The translations under genes were made by a program, and so were the position numbers. Below, in pieces: positions 17,880-26,831 of a stretch of DNA of 62,475 bases (position 1 is the stretch's first letter; the number at the start of each line of letters is the position of its first letter). The notes under the pieces were generated by a model. It searched no databases, was not told the DNA's origin, and was given only the letters and a program-made list of their open reading frames with translations. This stretch comes from a virus. Its lineage: Duplodnaviria > Caudoviricetes. The stretch covers positions 1 to 62,475 of the IMG/VR virus record IMGVR_UViG_3300023184_000124, one strand, 5' to 3'.

Positions 17880-19661
17880 TTATATTTGACCTGGCGCACC
17901 GCCCGGTACAGCGGCTTGCGAGGTTGCAGATGTTACTGGTCCAGCAACTTCTGGCCCTTCCGCACCTTCTTCAGGTGGATTTTCTAACTCTTGACCAAGT
18001 TGTTCATCCGATTCAATATCCCCAACAGACACCCCTACACTTCGTAAATCACTACCTAGTGGGTCAACATCTTGTTCTTTATCTTGTTCTTCACGCCATA
18101 ATTTTTCATTTTTACTGATCTCTTCTTCAGTTAATCCTAAAAATCTTTCTAAGGCAAATCGTTTACTAATGTATGGATATTGTTCCATAGAAGTAAATGA
18201 TCCTATTCTTGCAGTATCTAATTCACTTTGACGATATGCTGCAAAGTTTTGAGGAGGATTAAAAACTAAAGAAAATATTCCGCTATCTATACTAAATCCT
18301 CTCCAACGTAAAAATAATTTAAATTCTTCATCTAATTTGTGACATAGATAACTTTGCAATCTTTCACAATATTGATTAAATCTAAATTCTTGAATCATTG
18401 CTGTACCAACACGGCCATCACTTAATGGGGTTGTATTATCATCTGGTCCTGTAGGTAGATATGAACTTGGAACTCTTAATCCACGTGCTAGTCTATTATT
18501 AAAATATCTTAAATCGTCTATTTCACCTAAATTTTGCCCACCGGGTAACATCTCAACACTACTGCCTCTACCGTCAGCAGTGACTGGAAAGAAGTAATCT
18601 TCATTCATTGATAATGGATTATATGAAGCATCAACTACACTACCTGCACCATTATATGACGGAATTCGCTTTTGATGAATCTCGTTTTTTATTCGTTCAA
18701 CAAATGCCATGGCCATATGGCTTGGCATATTACCCACATCAATTTTAAACATTCTACGTTCTGGTGCTCGTTGAACACGATATATAAGAACTGCATCTTC
18801 AAGTAATTCTTTTTGTTTATATACTTTGAAAATGTTTTCTAAAACTGATTGGCCAAACGGCCAAAATCTATCCAAACCTTCTGTTAAACTTAAATGTACA
18901 ATATGTTTAGCATCAATTGCTGATTCACTTTGCCCTAATGTAAATCTACTTCCAGTTGTGTTATACGGCATCGACGGTACTGTATATCCACCGCCGCCGC
19001 CGGCGCCACCTCCACCTGTACCACCCAATCCTGTTGCTGGATTAGCAGCAAAATCAGTATTAGTTTTTTGTGCTACAGTTAAATTTTGTAAATTAATGTT
19101 AATGTCTTTTATAACATATTGTTCAGGTTTTTTCCCTTCACTTTCATTAACAATAACTTTAATAATTTTAGTCATATCAACCCAATATAACTTAAAATTT
19201 TCTGGATCTCGCACAAATACTTGATCCCCATATTTTATAGAATTTCTAAATATTTTAAATATTCTACTATCAAATTCATTTAATTTACACCATTGTTGTA
19301 ATTGTTTTTTAAGTAACTCCACTTCATGTTGAGTTGGGTCTTCCTTAAACTCTAAACTAAATGGAGTTTTATTATGTTCATTTTTTTGTGTACTAAATTC
19401 TGATATAATGTCTAAACAGGCATTAACTTCAGCATCTACATCCATCATTTCATATTGATTATATCTTTCAATACGATTTGGATGCCCGGTATATACTTCT
19501 GGTAATCTGCTACCATAATTCTTGTATCCAAATTCTTGATTATTCCATCCACCCTGTGTTGTTCCATCTTGAGCTCCATTCCAAGAACCTTGATTACTGT
19601 TTGCACCGGATATGGGACTAGATACCCCACTTTTATTTAAAAATCGTTTTTTATATGTCAT
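17880..19661 (-). CDS. gp20: Portal protein (gp20)
   Basis: LLEDAVLIYRVQRAPERRMFKIDVGNMP, MNEDYFFP, LPGGQNLGEIDD and LRVPSSYL. Confidence 0.97.
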   Translation of the reverse strand: MTYKKRFLNKSGVSSPISGANSNQGSWNGAQDGTTQGGWNNQEFGYKNYGSRLPEVYTGHPNRIERYNQYEMMDVDAEVNACLDIISEFSTQKNEHNKTPFSLEFKEDPTQHEVELLKKQLQQWCKLNEFDSRIFKIFRNSIKYGDQVFVRDPENFKLYWVDMTKIIKVIVNESEGKKPEQYVIKDININLQNLTVAQKTNTDFAANPATGLGGTGGGGAGGGGGYTVPSMPYNTTGSRFTLGQSESAIDAKHIVHLSLTEGLDRFWPFGQSVLENIFKVYKQKELLEDAVLIYRVQRAPERRMFKIDVGNMPSHMAMAFVERIKNEIHQKRIPSYNGAGSVVDASYNPLSMNEDYFFPVTADGRGSSVEMLPGGQNLGEIDDLRYFNNRLARGLRVPSSYLPTGPDDNTTPLSDGRVGTAMIQEFRFNQYCERLQSYLCHKLDEEFKLFLRWRGFSIDSGIFSLVFNPPQNFAAYRQSELDTARIGSFTSMEQYPYISKRFALERFLGLTEEEISKNEKLWREEQDKEQDVDPLGSDLRSVGVSVGDIESDEQLGQELENPPEEGAEGPEVAGPVTSATSQAAVPGGAPGQI

Positions 19662-19689
19662 ATAATACTTGTTTTAGTATTTAGCGTTA

Positions 19690-22600
19690 TTAACGGGATT
19701 CTCTTAATATTCTTGCTGCTATATCATTGGCTTCTTCAAGTTTATCAATCATCTCATCACATTTATCAGTAAATAAAGATAGAACCTCAAACATCATTTG
19801 TTCTGAATTGTTAGATGCCGTTGCTGCTGCTACTGGGGCTGAAGATGGAGTAATCTTTTTAAGTGCTTCAACAACTACTGGATTTACCGATTCTAAAGTA
19901 ACTTTTGATAGTGTTTCAGACGCTGAAATTGCAGGACGGACCGGTTCTACTTCTGCCGGTGCAAGTGGCATTCTATAATCTGGGCCCTGATTGCCAAGTT
20001 CGCCGGCATTAGGGTCAATAGTTCCAGTCGGCAGCGATGCTTGTATATAAGTAGTTTCAGCATCATTCATCCTTCGATCATTGGGTATATAATCTTCTAT
20101 GCTAAAATTTCCCACATTAGTTTTATTATTACTACTTTTTGCTTCTACTGCAGGGCCAGTATCTTGATCTGCATCTCCAGATTTACCCCTAAGCTTGCTG
20201 GCTGCTACTACTGGGTTTGCTGCTACCGAGGCTGCTGCTACGGGTGCTGTGGTTACTACAGCCGGTGCTGCTGCTACAGGTGCTGCTGCTGCTGTGGTTA
20301 CTACAGCCGGTGCTGTGGTTACTACAGCCGGTGCTGCTGCCACGGGTGCTGCTGCTACGGGTGCTGTTCCAACTTTTCTAAGTAACTCTTTGAAATCAGT
20401 AAACCCCATTGATGTAAATAATTCCTGAGCATTAAATTGAGTATTTTTCCCTAAATTTTTCAATAGGGATGAAAGTTGTTCACTCATTTCACTAGCGAGT
20501 TGTTTACCATCTACCCCATTTTTAAGATCAGATTTTAGTTTTCCTGCATCAATTCCTAAATTAGCGTACCCCTCAGTTGTTTGATCATAACTACCAGTTC
20601 TTGCAACTTTACCAAGAGAGTCTCCCGTTACTTTTCCGTACTTTGCAGACATGTCTGTAAGAAAAGCCACCCTGTTGTCTTGTTCTTTTTGCAATGAGTC
20701 TGCTTCTGCTTTATTTCCCGATGCTCTTAATTCGGATATTTTATCATCTTCTTGCCGTTTGGCAATCAGTTCTTCCAACTCCATAGCCTGTTGCTTTTGC
20801 TCTTCTTGTAATACATCTGCCCCTTTTCCGGTTAATGCTGATAACCGTAATAAATTTTCAGAATATTCTAACGATGCTTTTTTAAGAGTATCAGCATTAA
20901 TTCCTAAATTAGCGGACCCTGCAGTTGTTTGATCATAACTACCGGCTATATATATTTTAGCTTCTTCTTTAGGCAATACTTTTTCGCCGGCATGTAATTG
21001 TGCTACCACATCTTTTGGTTCAACTTCTTTTCCTGTTTCCCCTGTAGTACCATGTGATCTAGTTGCACTAGTATCAGGACCACCCGTAGTGGCAGCCGGG
21101 GCTGCGCCTGAAGCAGCGGGTGCTGATGGAGTGTCCCCTTTCAACCATGCTGCAATTGCATCTCCCCCTATCATATCTATAAGAGAAGCAATAACTTCAA
21201 GTTTACCAACTTTTTTTAGTATTTTAAAAGCAGTTCCAAAGACCGGAACACGTCCGAAAAGTGCTTCTCCAACTGCACCTACAGCAGCGGTCACGGTACC
21301 GGTACCAGCAACGGCGGCGTTGCTAACATTAGGTGCAATATTTGACGGTCTTTCTGCGGCTTTAATTACTGAATCAGGCGCTAAATTTTTTACAAACTTA
21401 AGGAGTTTGTCTTTTGCATCCGTAAAATTTTTTTCAACTAAGGCTGGCCCTTCTACAAATACATTAGCAAGCGCAATAAATCCTTGTTTAGTTAAGTTTA
21501 GACTATTTTCAGTTTCTTTAACATAATTTCTTGCCTCTTGAGCAAAGTCTTTAGCTGCTAACCCTATTCCTTCCTTATTATCATCAAATACTTTTTTTGC
21601 GGCGTCACTTTGTGCTTGATCATTGATACCTATTCTTGTTCCAACTTTTCCAAGTAACTCTTTGAAATCAGTAAACCCCATTGATGTAAATAATTCCTGA
21701 GCATTAAATTGAGCACCTTGACCTAAATTTTTCAACAGTGATTGCATTCCTGATTTAAGTTGTTCACCCATTTCATTAGCGATTTTTGTACCATCTACCC
21801 CATTTTTAAGATCAGATTGTAGTTTTCCTGCATCAATTCCTAGATTAGCAAACCCAGCAGTTGTTTGATCATAACTACCGGTTCTTGCAACTTTACCAAG
21901 AGCCACTGCTGCTGCTTTTCCGTACTTTGCGTCAATATCTTTAATAAATGCTTTCCTGCTTTCTTGTTCCTTTTGCAATGCGGCCGCTTCTTCATTCCTA
22001 TTGGAATTTTTTAATTCGTTTATTTTATCATCTTCTTGACGGGTTGCAATCAGTTCTTCCAACTCCATAGCCTGTTGCTTTTGCTCTTCTTGTAATACAT
22101 CCGCGCTTTTTCCAGTCAAAGCTGATAACCGTAATAAATTTTCAGAATATTCTAACGATGATTTTTTAAGTGTGGCAGCATCTTTTCCTTGACTTACCAT
22201 TGATTTACCTGATGCTGCTTGTATCTCAACATACTTAGCCTGTTGGTCAATTAATTCAGTTTGGCTTACACCCATTCGTTGAAACTCTTGCCGTACCTCT
22301 TTACCAACCTCAGTCATACCCGCAAATGCTTTAATACCGTCAGTAGCATTAGCGCCTAATCCGATTAATCCAGTACCAATTTTTCCTGTTGCATTAGTTA
22401 ATATACCTAAATCTTTAGTAGTTAGACCGGCTTGCTCGCCCATTTTCATTATATCTTTGGTAGTCAATGACCCTGCTGCACCTATTTTAGCAAATTGATC
22501 TGAGGCTTGAAGTAATTCATCAGTTTGTTTAAATATTGCCTGAGAAACCTCAGTAGCTACTTTTCCTAATAGGTTCAATGATTTACTTAAGACGGTCCCC

Positions 22601-22881
22601 GCGGTACCCGTCTTAGTAACTAAAGTACCTATAGCGGTAGTTAACCCTTCTACTGCATAATTATATTTGGAAAAAGTGTGAAGAGAAGTGTTAGATTGAT
22701 CTAAAGCTCTATCAAACTCTTTCACAGTGACTTTAAGATCTTTAAAAAGATCAGTATCCCACCACCGTACGGTTGGAGAGCCAGTGCCCGGAGGGGCCCC
22801 TCCGGGATTGTTTCCGCGTCCCCGCATTTGTTCTTCCGTAAGCTCAATAAGTCTGTCTAGTTTACGGTCCGTTTCACTCAT
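19690..22881 (-). CDS. Tape-measure-like protein (1063 aa) with internal duplication
   Basis: Helical and A/K/E/Q/G-rich, with the AQLHAGEKVL motif common near tape-measure C-termini. Divergent from the gp26/gp51-like chaperone pair. Confidence 0.7.
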   Translation of the reverse strand: MSETDRKLDRLIELTEEQMRGRGNNPGGAPPGTGSPTVRWWDTDLFKDLKVTVKEFDRALDQSNTSLHTFSKYNYAVEGLTTAIGTLVTKTGTAGTVLSKSLNLLGKVATEVSQAIFKQTDELLQASDQFAKIGAAGSLTTKDIMKMGEQAGLTTKDLGILTNATGKIGTGLIGLGANATDGIKAFAGMTEVGKEVRQEFQRMGVSQTELIDQQAKYVEIQAASGKSMVSQGKDAATLKKSSLEYSENLLRLSALTGKSADVLQEEQKQQAMELEELIATRQEDDKINELKNSNRNEEAAALQKEQESRKAFIKDIDAKYGKAAAVALGKVARTGSYDQTTAGFANLGIDAGKLQSDLKNGVDGTKIANEMGEQLKSGMQSLLKNLGQGAQFNAQELFTSMGFTDFKELLGKVGTRIGINDQAQSDAAKKVFDDNKEGIGLAAKDFAQEARNYVKETENSLNLTKQGFIALANVFVEGPALVEKNFTDAKDKLLKFVKNLAPDSVIKAAERPSNIAPNVSNAAVAGTGTVTAAVGAVGEALFGRVPVFGTAFKILKKVGKLEVIASLIDMIGGDAIAAWLKGDTPSAPAASGAAPAATTGGPDTSATRSHGTTGETGKEVEPKDVVAQLHAGEKVLPKEEAKIYIAGSYDQTTAGSANLGINADTLKKASLEYSENLLRLSALTGKGADVLQEEQKQQAMELEELIAKRQEDDKISELRASGNKAEADSLQKEQDNRVAFLTDMSAKYGKVTGDSLGKVARTGSYDQTTEGYANLGIDAGKLKSDLKNGVDGKQLASEMSEQLSSLLKNLGKNTQFNAQELFTSMGFTDFKELLRKVGTAPVAAAPVAAAPAVVTTAPAVVTTAAAAPVAAAPAVVTTAPVAAASVAANPVVAASKLRGKSGDADQDTGPAVEAKSSNNKTNVGNFSIEDYIPNDRRMNDAETTYIQASLPTGTIDPNAGELGNQGPDYRMPLAPAEVEPVRPAISASETLSKVTLESVNPVVVEALKKITPSSAPVAAATASNNSEQMMFEVLSLFTDKCDEMIDKLEEANDIAARILRESR
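20195..20370. repeat. Short coding tandem repeats (15-21 bp) encoding an APVAA/APAVVTT linker
   Basis: gccggtgctgtggttactaca and ggtgctgctgc units are repeated. Confidence 0.85.
20367..22172. repeat. Diverged direct repeat of about 520 bp (20367-20889 vs 21637-22172)
   Basis: Both copies encode TLKKxSLEYSENLLRLSALTGKxADVLQEEQKQQAMELEELIA...QFNAQELFTSMGFTDFKELLxKVGT. Confidence 0.9.
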
Positions 22882-22910
22882 AATATTTTTCTTCCATCAT
22901 GTTTTTACCC

Positions 22911-22931
22911 ACTAAATATATAGTATTTAGT
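22911..22931. promoter_or_regulatory. Pair of oppositely oriented late promoters forming an inverted repeat
   Basis: ACTAAATA-TATAG-TATTTAGT between divergent genes. Confidence 0.7.
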
Positions 22932-22968
22932 ATTGATTTATTAGTACCAAGATTACAAAAGGAACAGT

Positions 22969-23802
22969 ATGCCACTAAACAATAACCCATTAAAACAATA
23001 TTTTCGTCGGCCATCAATTTATTTAAAATTACCAAGTGGTGGCAAATATCCTCCAAATATACTTAATATGCCAGAATCCGGAGAATTACCGGTATATCCA
23101 ATGACGGCAATTGATGAAATAACATCAAAAACACCAGACGCATTGTATAACGGAACTGCAATGACTGACATTATTAAAAGTTGTATCCCGGATATTATTG
23201 ATCCATGGTTGATTTCTAGTGTTGATTTGGATGCTATACTAATAGCAATAAAGGCTGCATCCGGTGGCAATGACTTAGAAATAGAATCTACATGCCCGGC
23301 TTGTAGCGACTCTAGTAAATATGGAATAAATTTACTTTTATTATTAACTACATTAACCGCAGCAAATTATGAAAATACTATGGAAATTAATGAGTTACAC
23401 ATTAAATTTAAATCATTAACTTATAAAGAACTAAATCAAACTAAGATAAGTCAATTTGAAGTTCAAAGAATTCTTGCAGGGTTAGAGTCAAACACTAACA
23501 CAGACGATACTATCCGAATTGAAAAGACTCAATTGGCAATAAAATCTATAGTTGAACTAACTATACAGTTAATATCAAATTCTATTGAATATATTGAAAC
23601 CCCAAACAGTAAAGTTACTGACAAAGAATTTATTATGGACTATTTAACTAATTGTGATAAGCAATCATACATAGCCATTAGAGATTTTAATACTAAACTA
23701 AAAGCAGAAGCAGAAATTAAACCATTGGCAATTAAATGCATTAAGTGTAGTCATGACTATTCACAACCATTTACATTGAACATAACTGATTTTTTCGCAT
23801 AA
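22969..23802 (+). CDS. gp26: Baseplate hub assembly protein / tail chaperone (T4 gp26-like)
   Basis: NPLKQYFRRPSIYLKLPSGG, PMTAIDE, DLDAILIAIK, two CxxC motifs (CPAC, CIKC) and a C-terminal DFF. Confidence 0.8.
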   Translation: MPLNNNPLKQYFRRPSIYLKLPSGGKYPPNILNMPESGELPVYPMTAIDEITSKTPDALYNGTAMTDIIKSCIPDIIDPWLISSVDLDAILIAIKAASGGNDLEIESTCPACSDSSKYGINLLLLLTTLTAANYENTMEINELHIKFKSLTYKELNQTKISQFEVQRILAGLESNTNTDDTIRIEKTQLAIKSIVELTIQLISNSIEYIETPNSKVTDKEFIMDYLTNCDKQSYIAIRDFNTKLKAEAEIKPLAIKCIKCSHDYSQPFTLNITDFFA

Positions 23803-23839
23803 GGCTTCTACACCTTAACACTGAAGGTGTTGAGAAGCT
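23790..23839 (+). promoter_or_regulatory. Programmed -1 frameshift signal: slippery T-TTT-TTC plus stimulatory stem-loop
   Basis: Heptamer at 23790-23796 in the correct phase. Stem GCTTCTACACCTT (23804-23816) pairs with AAGGTGT-tg-AGAAGC (23824-23838). The -1 frame is open from 23790 to 24026. Confidence 0.75.
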
Positions 23840-23849
23840 GATAGATAAC

Positions 23850-24026
23850 ATGGAAAAAGAGTGTCTATCCATTAAGAAAAATGCGATTAGTTTGGCATGG
23901 CACATGCGAGGTGGTGTGTCATATGAAGATGTATTAAATATGTCTGCTGACGAACGAACACACATATACGAATTAATAGAGCATAATATGGAAGTAACAA
24001 AAAAGTCTCAACTTCCATATTTCTAA
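23850..24026 (+). CDS. gp51: gp51-like small baseplate/tail assembly protein (58 aa from ATG; probably also the C-terminus of a frameshift fusion)
   Basis: Below the track cutoff. Reads MEKECLSIKKNAISLAWHMRGGVSYEDVLNMSADERTHIYELIEHNMEVTKKSQLPYF, with the 'S..E..NM...ER' pattern of gp51/GT-type chaperones. Confidence 0.75.
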   Translation: MEKECLSIKKNAISLAWHMRGGVSYEDVLNMSADERTHIYELIEHNMEVTKKSQLPYF

Positions 24027-24059
24027 TCCGTAATTATTCATTTATATAATTCTTTTTGT

Positions 24060-24520
24060 TATTAGAAGATGGGCTATAGCCCATCTAAGAACTTCGCTAT
24101 CGCTCGTTCTTATTTTTCACGGGTACTTACTTTTTTTAAGAGTACCATGTGTTATATATTGCTGCTTGGAGAGCCATGGTAGTGCTAATAAGCACCACCA
24201 TTGGATTTGGGATATTTGCTATGCCCATCGACCATTGTTATCTATTCCCCGTTTAATCAGCTATTTAGGCTATCAAACGCTACCGGTTGTTCTGTAAAGT
24301 TTACGGGACTGTAGTGAAGCTATCACGTTTATAATGATTCTTCCACAACGCACATTCTACTGAATCAAGATAAAATATCAGTAGACTTGTTTAGGGTTCG
24401 CTTTGACGAGAGCCCTATCGGTATTCCATAATTACATATGTAATTACGCTTACTCCAGAATCTGATGGCACAGCACAATCTGTACAACCTCAAGGAGGAT
24501 CGGGGAACCCCAATCACACA
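24060..24520 (-). ncRNA. Unassigned structured non-coding element (putative RNA about 460 nt and/or replication origin)
   Basis: No ORF of 60 aa or more, GC-richer than the flanks, and about ten stem-loops. Three stems have mismatches that become G-U pairs only on the minus strand. Confidence 0.65.
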
Positions 24521-24528
24521 AATTTTTA

Positions 24529-25086
24529 TTATATAATTATATTAGAAGTTTTGATATTTTGTATTGACGTTGTGTCTGGTAATCCTGAATAGGATTTTAA
24601 TAATAGTTTGTTATTTTTGAAAAAATCAATAAATTCAATGATTAACCAATCACCAAATTTATCTGAAGAGTAATATATAAAGTTGTCTGTTACCCAAGTT
24701 GGGCCGCATTGCACGGCAACATAACGCCCTTTTCTATTAAATTTCATGAACAACATACTAATGTCACCTTCAACAGCAACATCCATTAATTGTTCAATCC
24801 ACATATTTATTACTTTACATTCTCCTGATAATAATAAATGAAAAGGAAAATCAGCATAGAACTTACATTCTATATTCATTTTACTAAAACTTTCTCCCGG
24901 AACAATATCGCCCTTAAAGGAACGAATTTGCCCTTCATGTAAGAATTCAGTTCTTGCTTGATTTTTACCACCAACATACGCTCCGGAGCCAGGCGCTCGG
25001 ATAAAACTTTCACCGTATGTATCACTAAGAAATTTTGCAACTTCTCGTTCAAATCCGGATCCTTTAGTTTTCTGTGGTGATGGCAT
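24529..25086 (-). CDS. Holliday junction resolvase-like PD-(D/E)xK nuclease
   Basis: KGSGFERE...R.PGSGA...GDIV...IECK (Hjc-like). Start moved to the ATG at 25086, 5 nt after GATAAGTA. Confidence 0.82.
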   Translation of the reverse strand: MPSPQKTKGSGFEREVAKFLSDTYGESFIRAPGSGAYVGGKNQARTEFLHEGQIRSFKGDIVPGESFSKMNIECKFYADFPFHLLLSGECKVINMWIEQLMDVAVEGDISMLFMKFNRKGRYVAVQCGPTWVTDNFIYYSSDKFGDWLIIEFIDFFKNNKLLLKSYSGLPDTTSIQNIKTSNIII

Positions 25087-25125
25087 GTTAATACTTATCG
25101 TCAATTTTTCTCTTTAAAAAATATA

Positions 25126-26229
25126 TTAATTTGTTAAAAACCCAACCGCATATTCTTCATTTACTGCCGAGCAATTACATTTTTGTTCACATTCTACCCA
25201 GGCTTTTGATTTATCATCAAAACTATTAAATAAGTGAGACCAAATGTCATCATTTAAAATATCCTCTAACCCTCTTAAATTTAAATTAAGTTTCTCTCTA
25301 AACACTTGGTGAAAACTATCTTTGAATTTTATAGTCTTTCGATCGGTATGTAAAGACACATAAGGATAACTAACCCAACTACACGGATGTATTACTCCGT
25401 CAGCACTGACATATAATCCGCGATTACCAATGGTACACATTGGAGTTACAAATTTAGAATATGTAGTGGCTATGCGTTTAAATAACATTAAATTATGCTC
25501 CATATAATCATCGTTAAGTTGTTTTCTACTTGAAATAGCTTGAAAGTGTCTTTCATATCTATGAGTTTTACTAACAAATTCCGGGTTAGGTTCAAGTAAA
25601 TCTTTTTTTCCACCGTATGCTTCACCATACTTACTTCCAAATTTAGTACTGTATGTTAATTGAACCCCGTCACATCCTATTTGTTTTGCTTGTGCGTATA
25701 TATTATCAAGATAGTCTTGATTAAATGAAAATACAATAGTAGCCCAATATACAAATGCTTTACTTTTCTTACACATGATATCCATACCCTGCATAATAGA
25801 ATCCCAATTACTCCCTACACGATACTTATTATTAGATTCATGATTATAGCCGTCGACACTAAAGTTTATGGTGTCATATTCATTACTAATAGCAGCAAAT
25901 CGTTCCCACCATTCTACTTTTCTAAAACTACCATTTGTAATAGTAAACACATGTATTTTTGAATTACATGTTTTAATGTACTCAATTATCTCTAAATATT
26001 GGCTAGCATATATAGGATCACCTATATCACCGCACATTGTAATACGTTTAACTTGTGTCTTTAATAATTCAGGCGTCAATACTTTTTTAAAGAAGTCTAA
26101 CGTTAATTCTTTGTTCATCCATGGAACAGGAGCCATTTCATTTCTAGGACATCGAGGGCATTTGAGTGTACATTTTCCGCTCACTTCAAAATGCCAATGA
26201 TATAATTGCCATGGATAGTTTAATTTCAT
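25126..26229 (-). CDS. Radical SAM protein with SPASM/twitch domain
   Basis: CTLKCPRC, GDIGDP, TNGS, FSVDG, and C-terminal C...LYVSADGVIHPC...CEQKC. Confidence 0.9.
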   Translation of the reverse strand: MKLNYPWQLYHWHFEVSGKCTLKCPRCPRNEMAPVPWMNKELTLDFFKKVLTPELLKTQVKRITMCGDIGDPIYASQYLEIIEYIKTCNSKIHVFTITNGSFRKVEWWERFAAISNEYDTINFSVDGYNHESNNKYRVGSNWDSIMQGMDIMCKKSKAFVYWATIVFSFNQDYLDNIYAQAKQIGCDGVQLTYSTKFGSKYGEAYGGKKDLLEPNPEFVSKTHRYERHFQAISSRKQLNDDYMEHNLMLFKRIATTYSKFVTPMCTIGNRGLYVSADGVIHPCSWVSYPYVSLHTDRKTIKFKDSFHQVFREKLNLNLRGLEDILNDDIWSHLFNSFDDKSKAWVECEQKCNCSAVNEEYAVGFLTN

Positions 26230-26831
26230 GGTGCAATCTCTATAAATTTAATCATGTCATTAAATAACACTTCTTTAATCTTACTAACAACCTCATCAAC
26301 AGTTAAGTGAGAATTTGAATATATATCATTAAATCGTTCTTCATGCCCTTTATATCTATTAGTATTAAAGTTAGTTTTAGTTAGCCCTAATCTTATTTCT
26401 AATATATTTAGAAAAGGATATTCTACTCTAAGCATATTTGTAAATGATTCTAAAGATTTCTTTGTTAAACTGTATGTAAGATTATTTGGATAGTACTGTA
26501 TGTTATTAGTACTTGTTATATTAACAATTTTACAATTAGCATTAAGTTTTAATGCCTTTTGTGATAACAACACAGGAGCAATTAAGTTAGTATTAATAAT
26601 AGTCATAATCTCATTTGTATTATGTTTTGTAAATTCTATTTTACCCCCAATGTCAGTGCCGGCACAATTGATTAACATATCAATTTTTGGCATATTAAAT
26701 TCAAAAATTGCTGAAGTGTTTGATAAATCTAAATTTTCCCGAGTCAGAGCAATAATATCATTTGATTGAGATAATGATAACTTTAATCTTTCTCCTACTC
26801 CACTGCGTGTGCCCGTTATTAATATTTTCAT
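26226..26831 (-). CDS. Short-chain dehydrogenase/reductase
   Basis: ILITGTRSGVG, LINCAG, IVNITS and catalytic YSLTK. Confidence 0.9.
   Translation of the reverse strand: MKILITGTRSGVGERLKLSLSQSNDIIALTRENLDLSNTSAIFEFNMPKIDMLINCAGTDIGGKIEFTKHNTNEIMTIINTNLIAPVLLSQKALKLNANCKIVNITSTNNIQYYPNNLTYSLTKKSLESFTNMLRVEYPFLNILEIRLGLTKTNFNTNRYKGHEERFNDIYSNSHLTVDEVVSKIKEVLFNDMIKFIEIAP

Noticed and set aside
14158-21526. Short overlapping or antisense ORFs within the head and tape-measure genes (e.g. 16951-17397, 20041-20385, 21089-21526)
   Set aside because: They lie wholly within well-supported genes and mirror their low-complexity codons.
22874-23056. 60-aa minus ORF / MMEEKYYE mini-ORF overlapping the tape-measure start
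   Set aside because: It overlaps gp26 antisense and the promoter pair. The ATG at 22881 has its own SD-like GGAAGA, so no upstream ORF is needed.
24060-24520. tRNA, tmRNA, RNase P, group I/II intron or CRISPR identity for the structured region
   Set aside because: No cloverleaf or T-loop/CCA end, no GAGGAAAGUCC, no recognisable intron core, no interrupted gene and no repeated unit. Left unassigned pending a covariance-model search.
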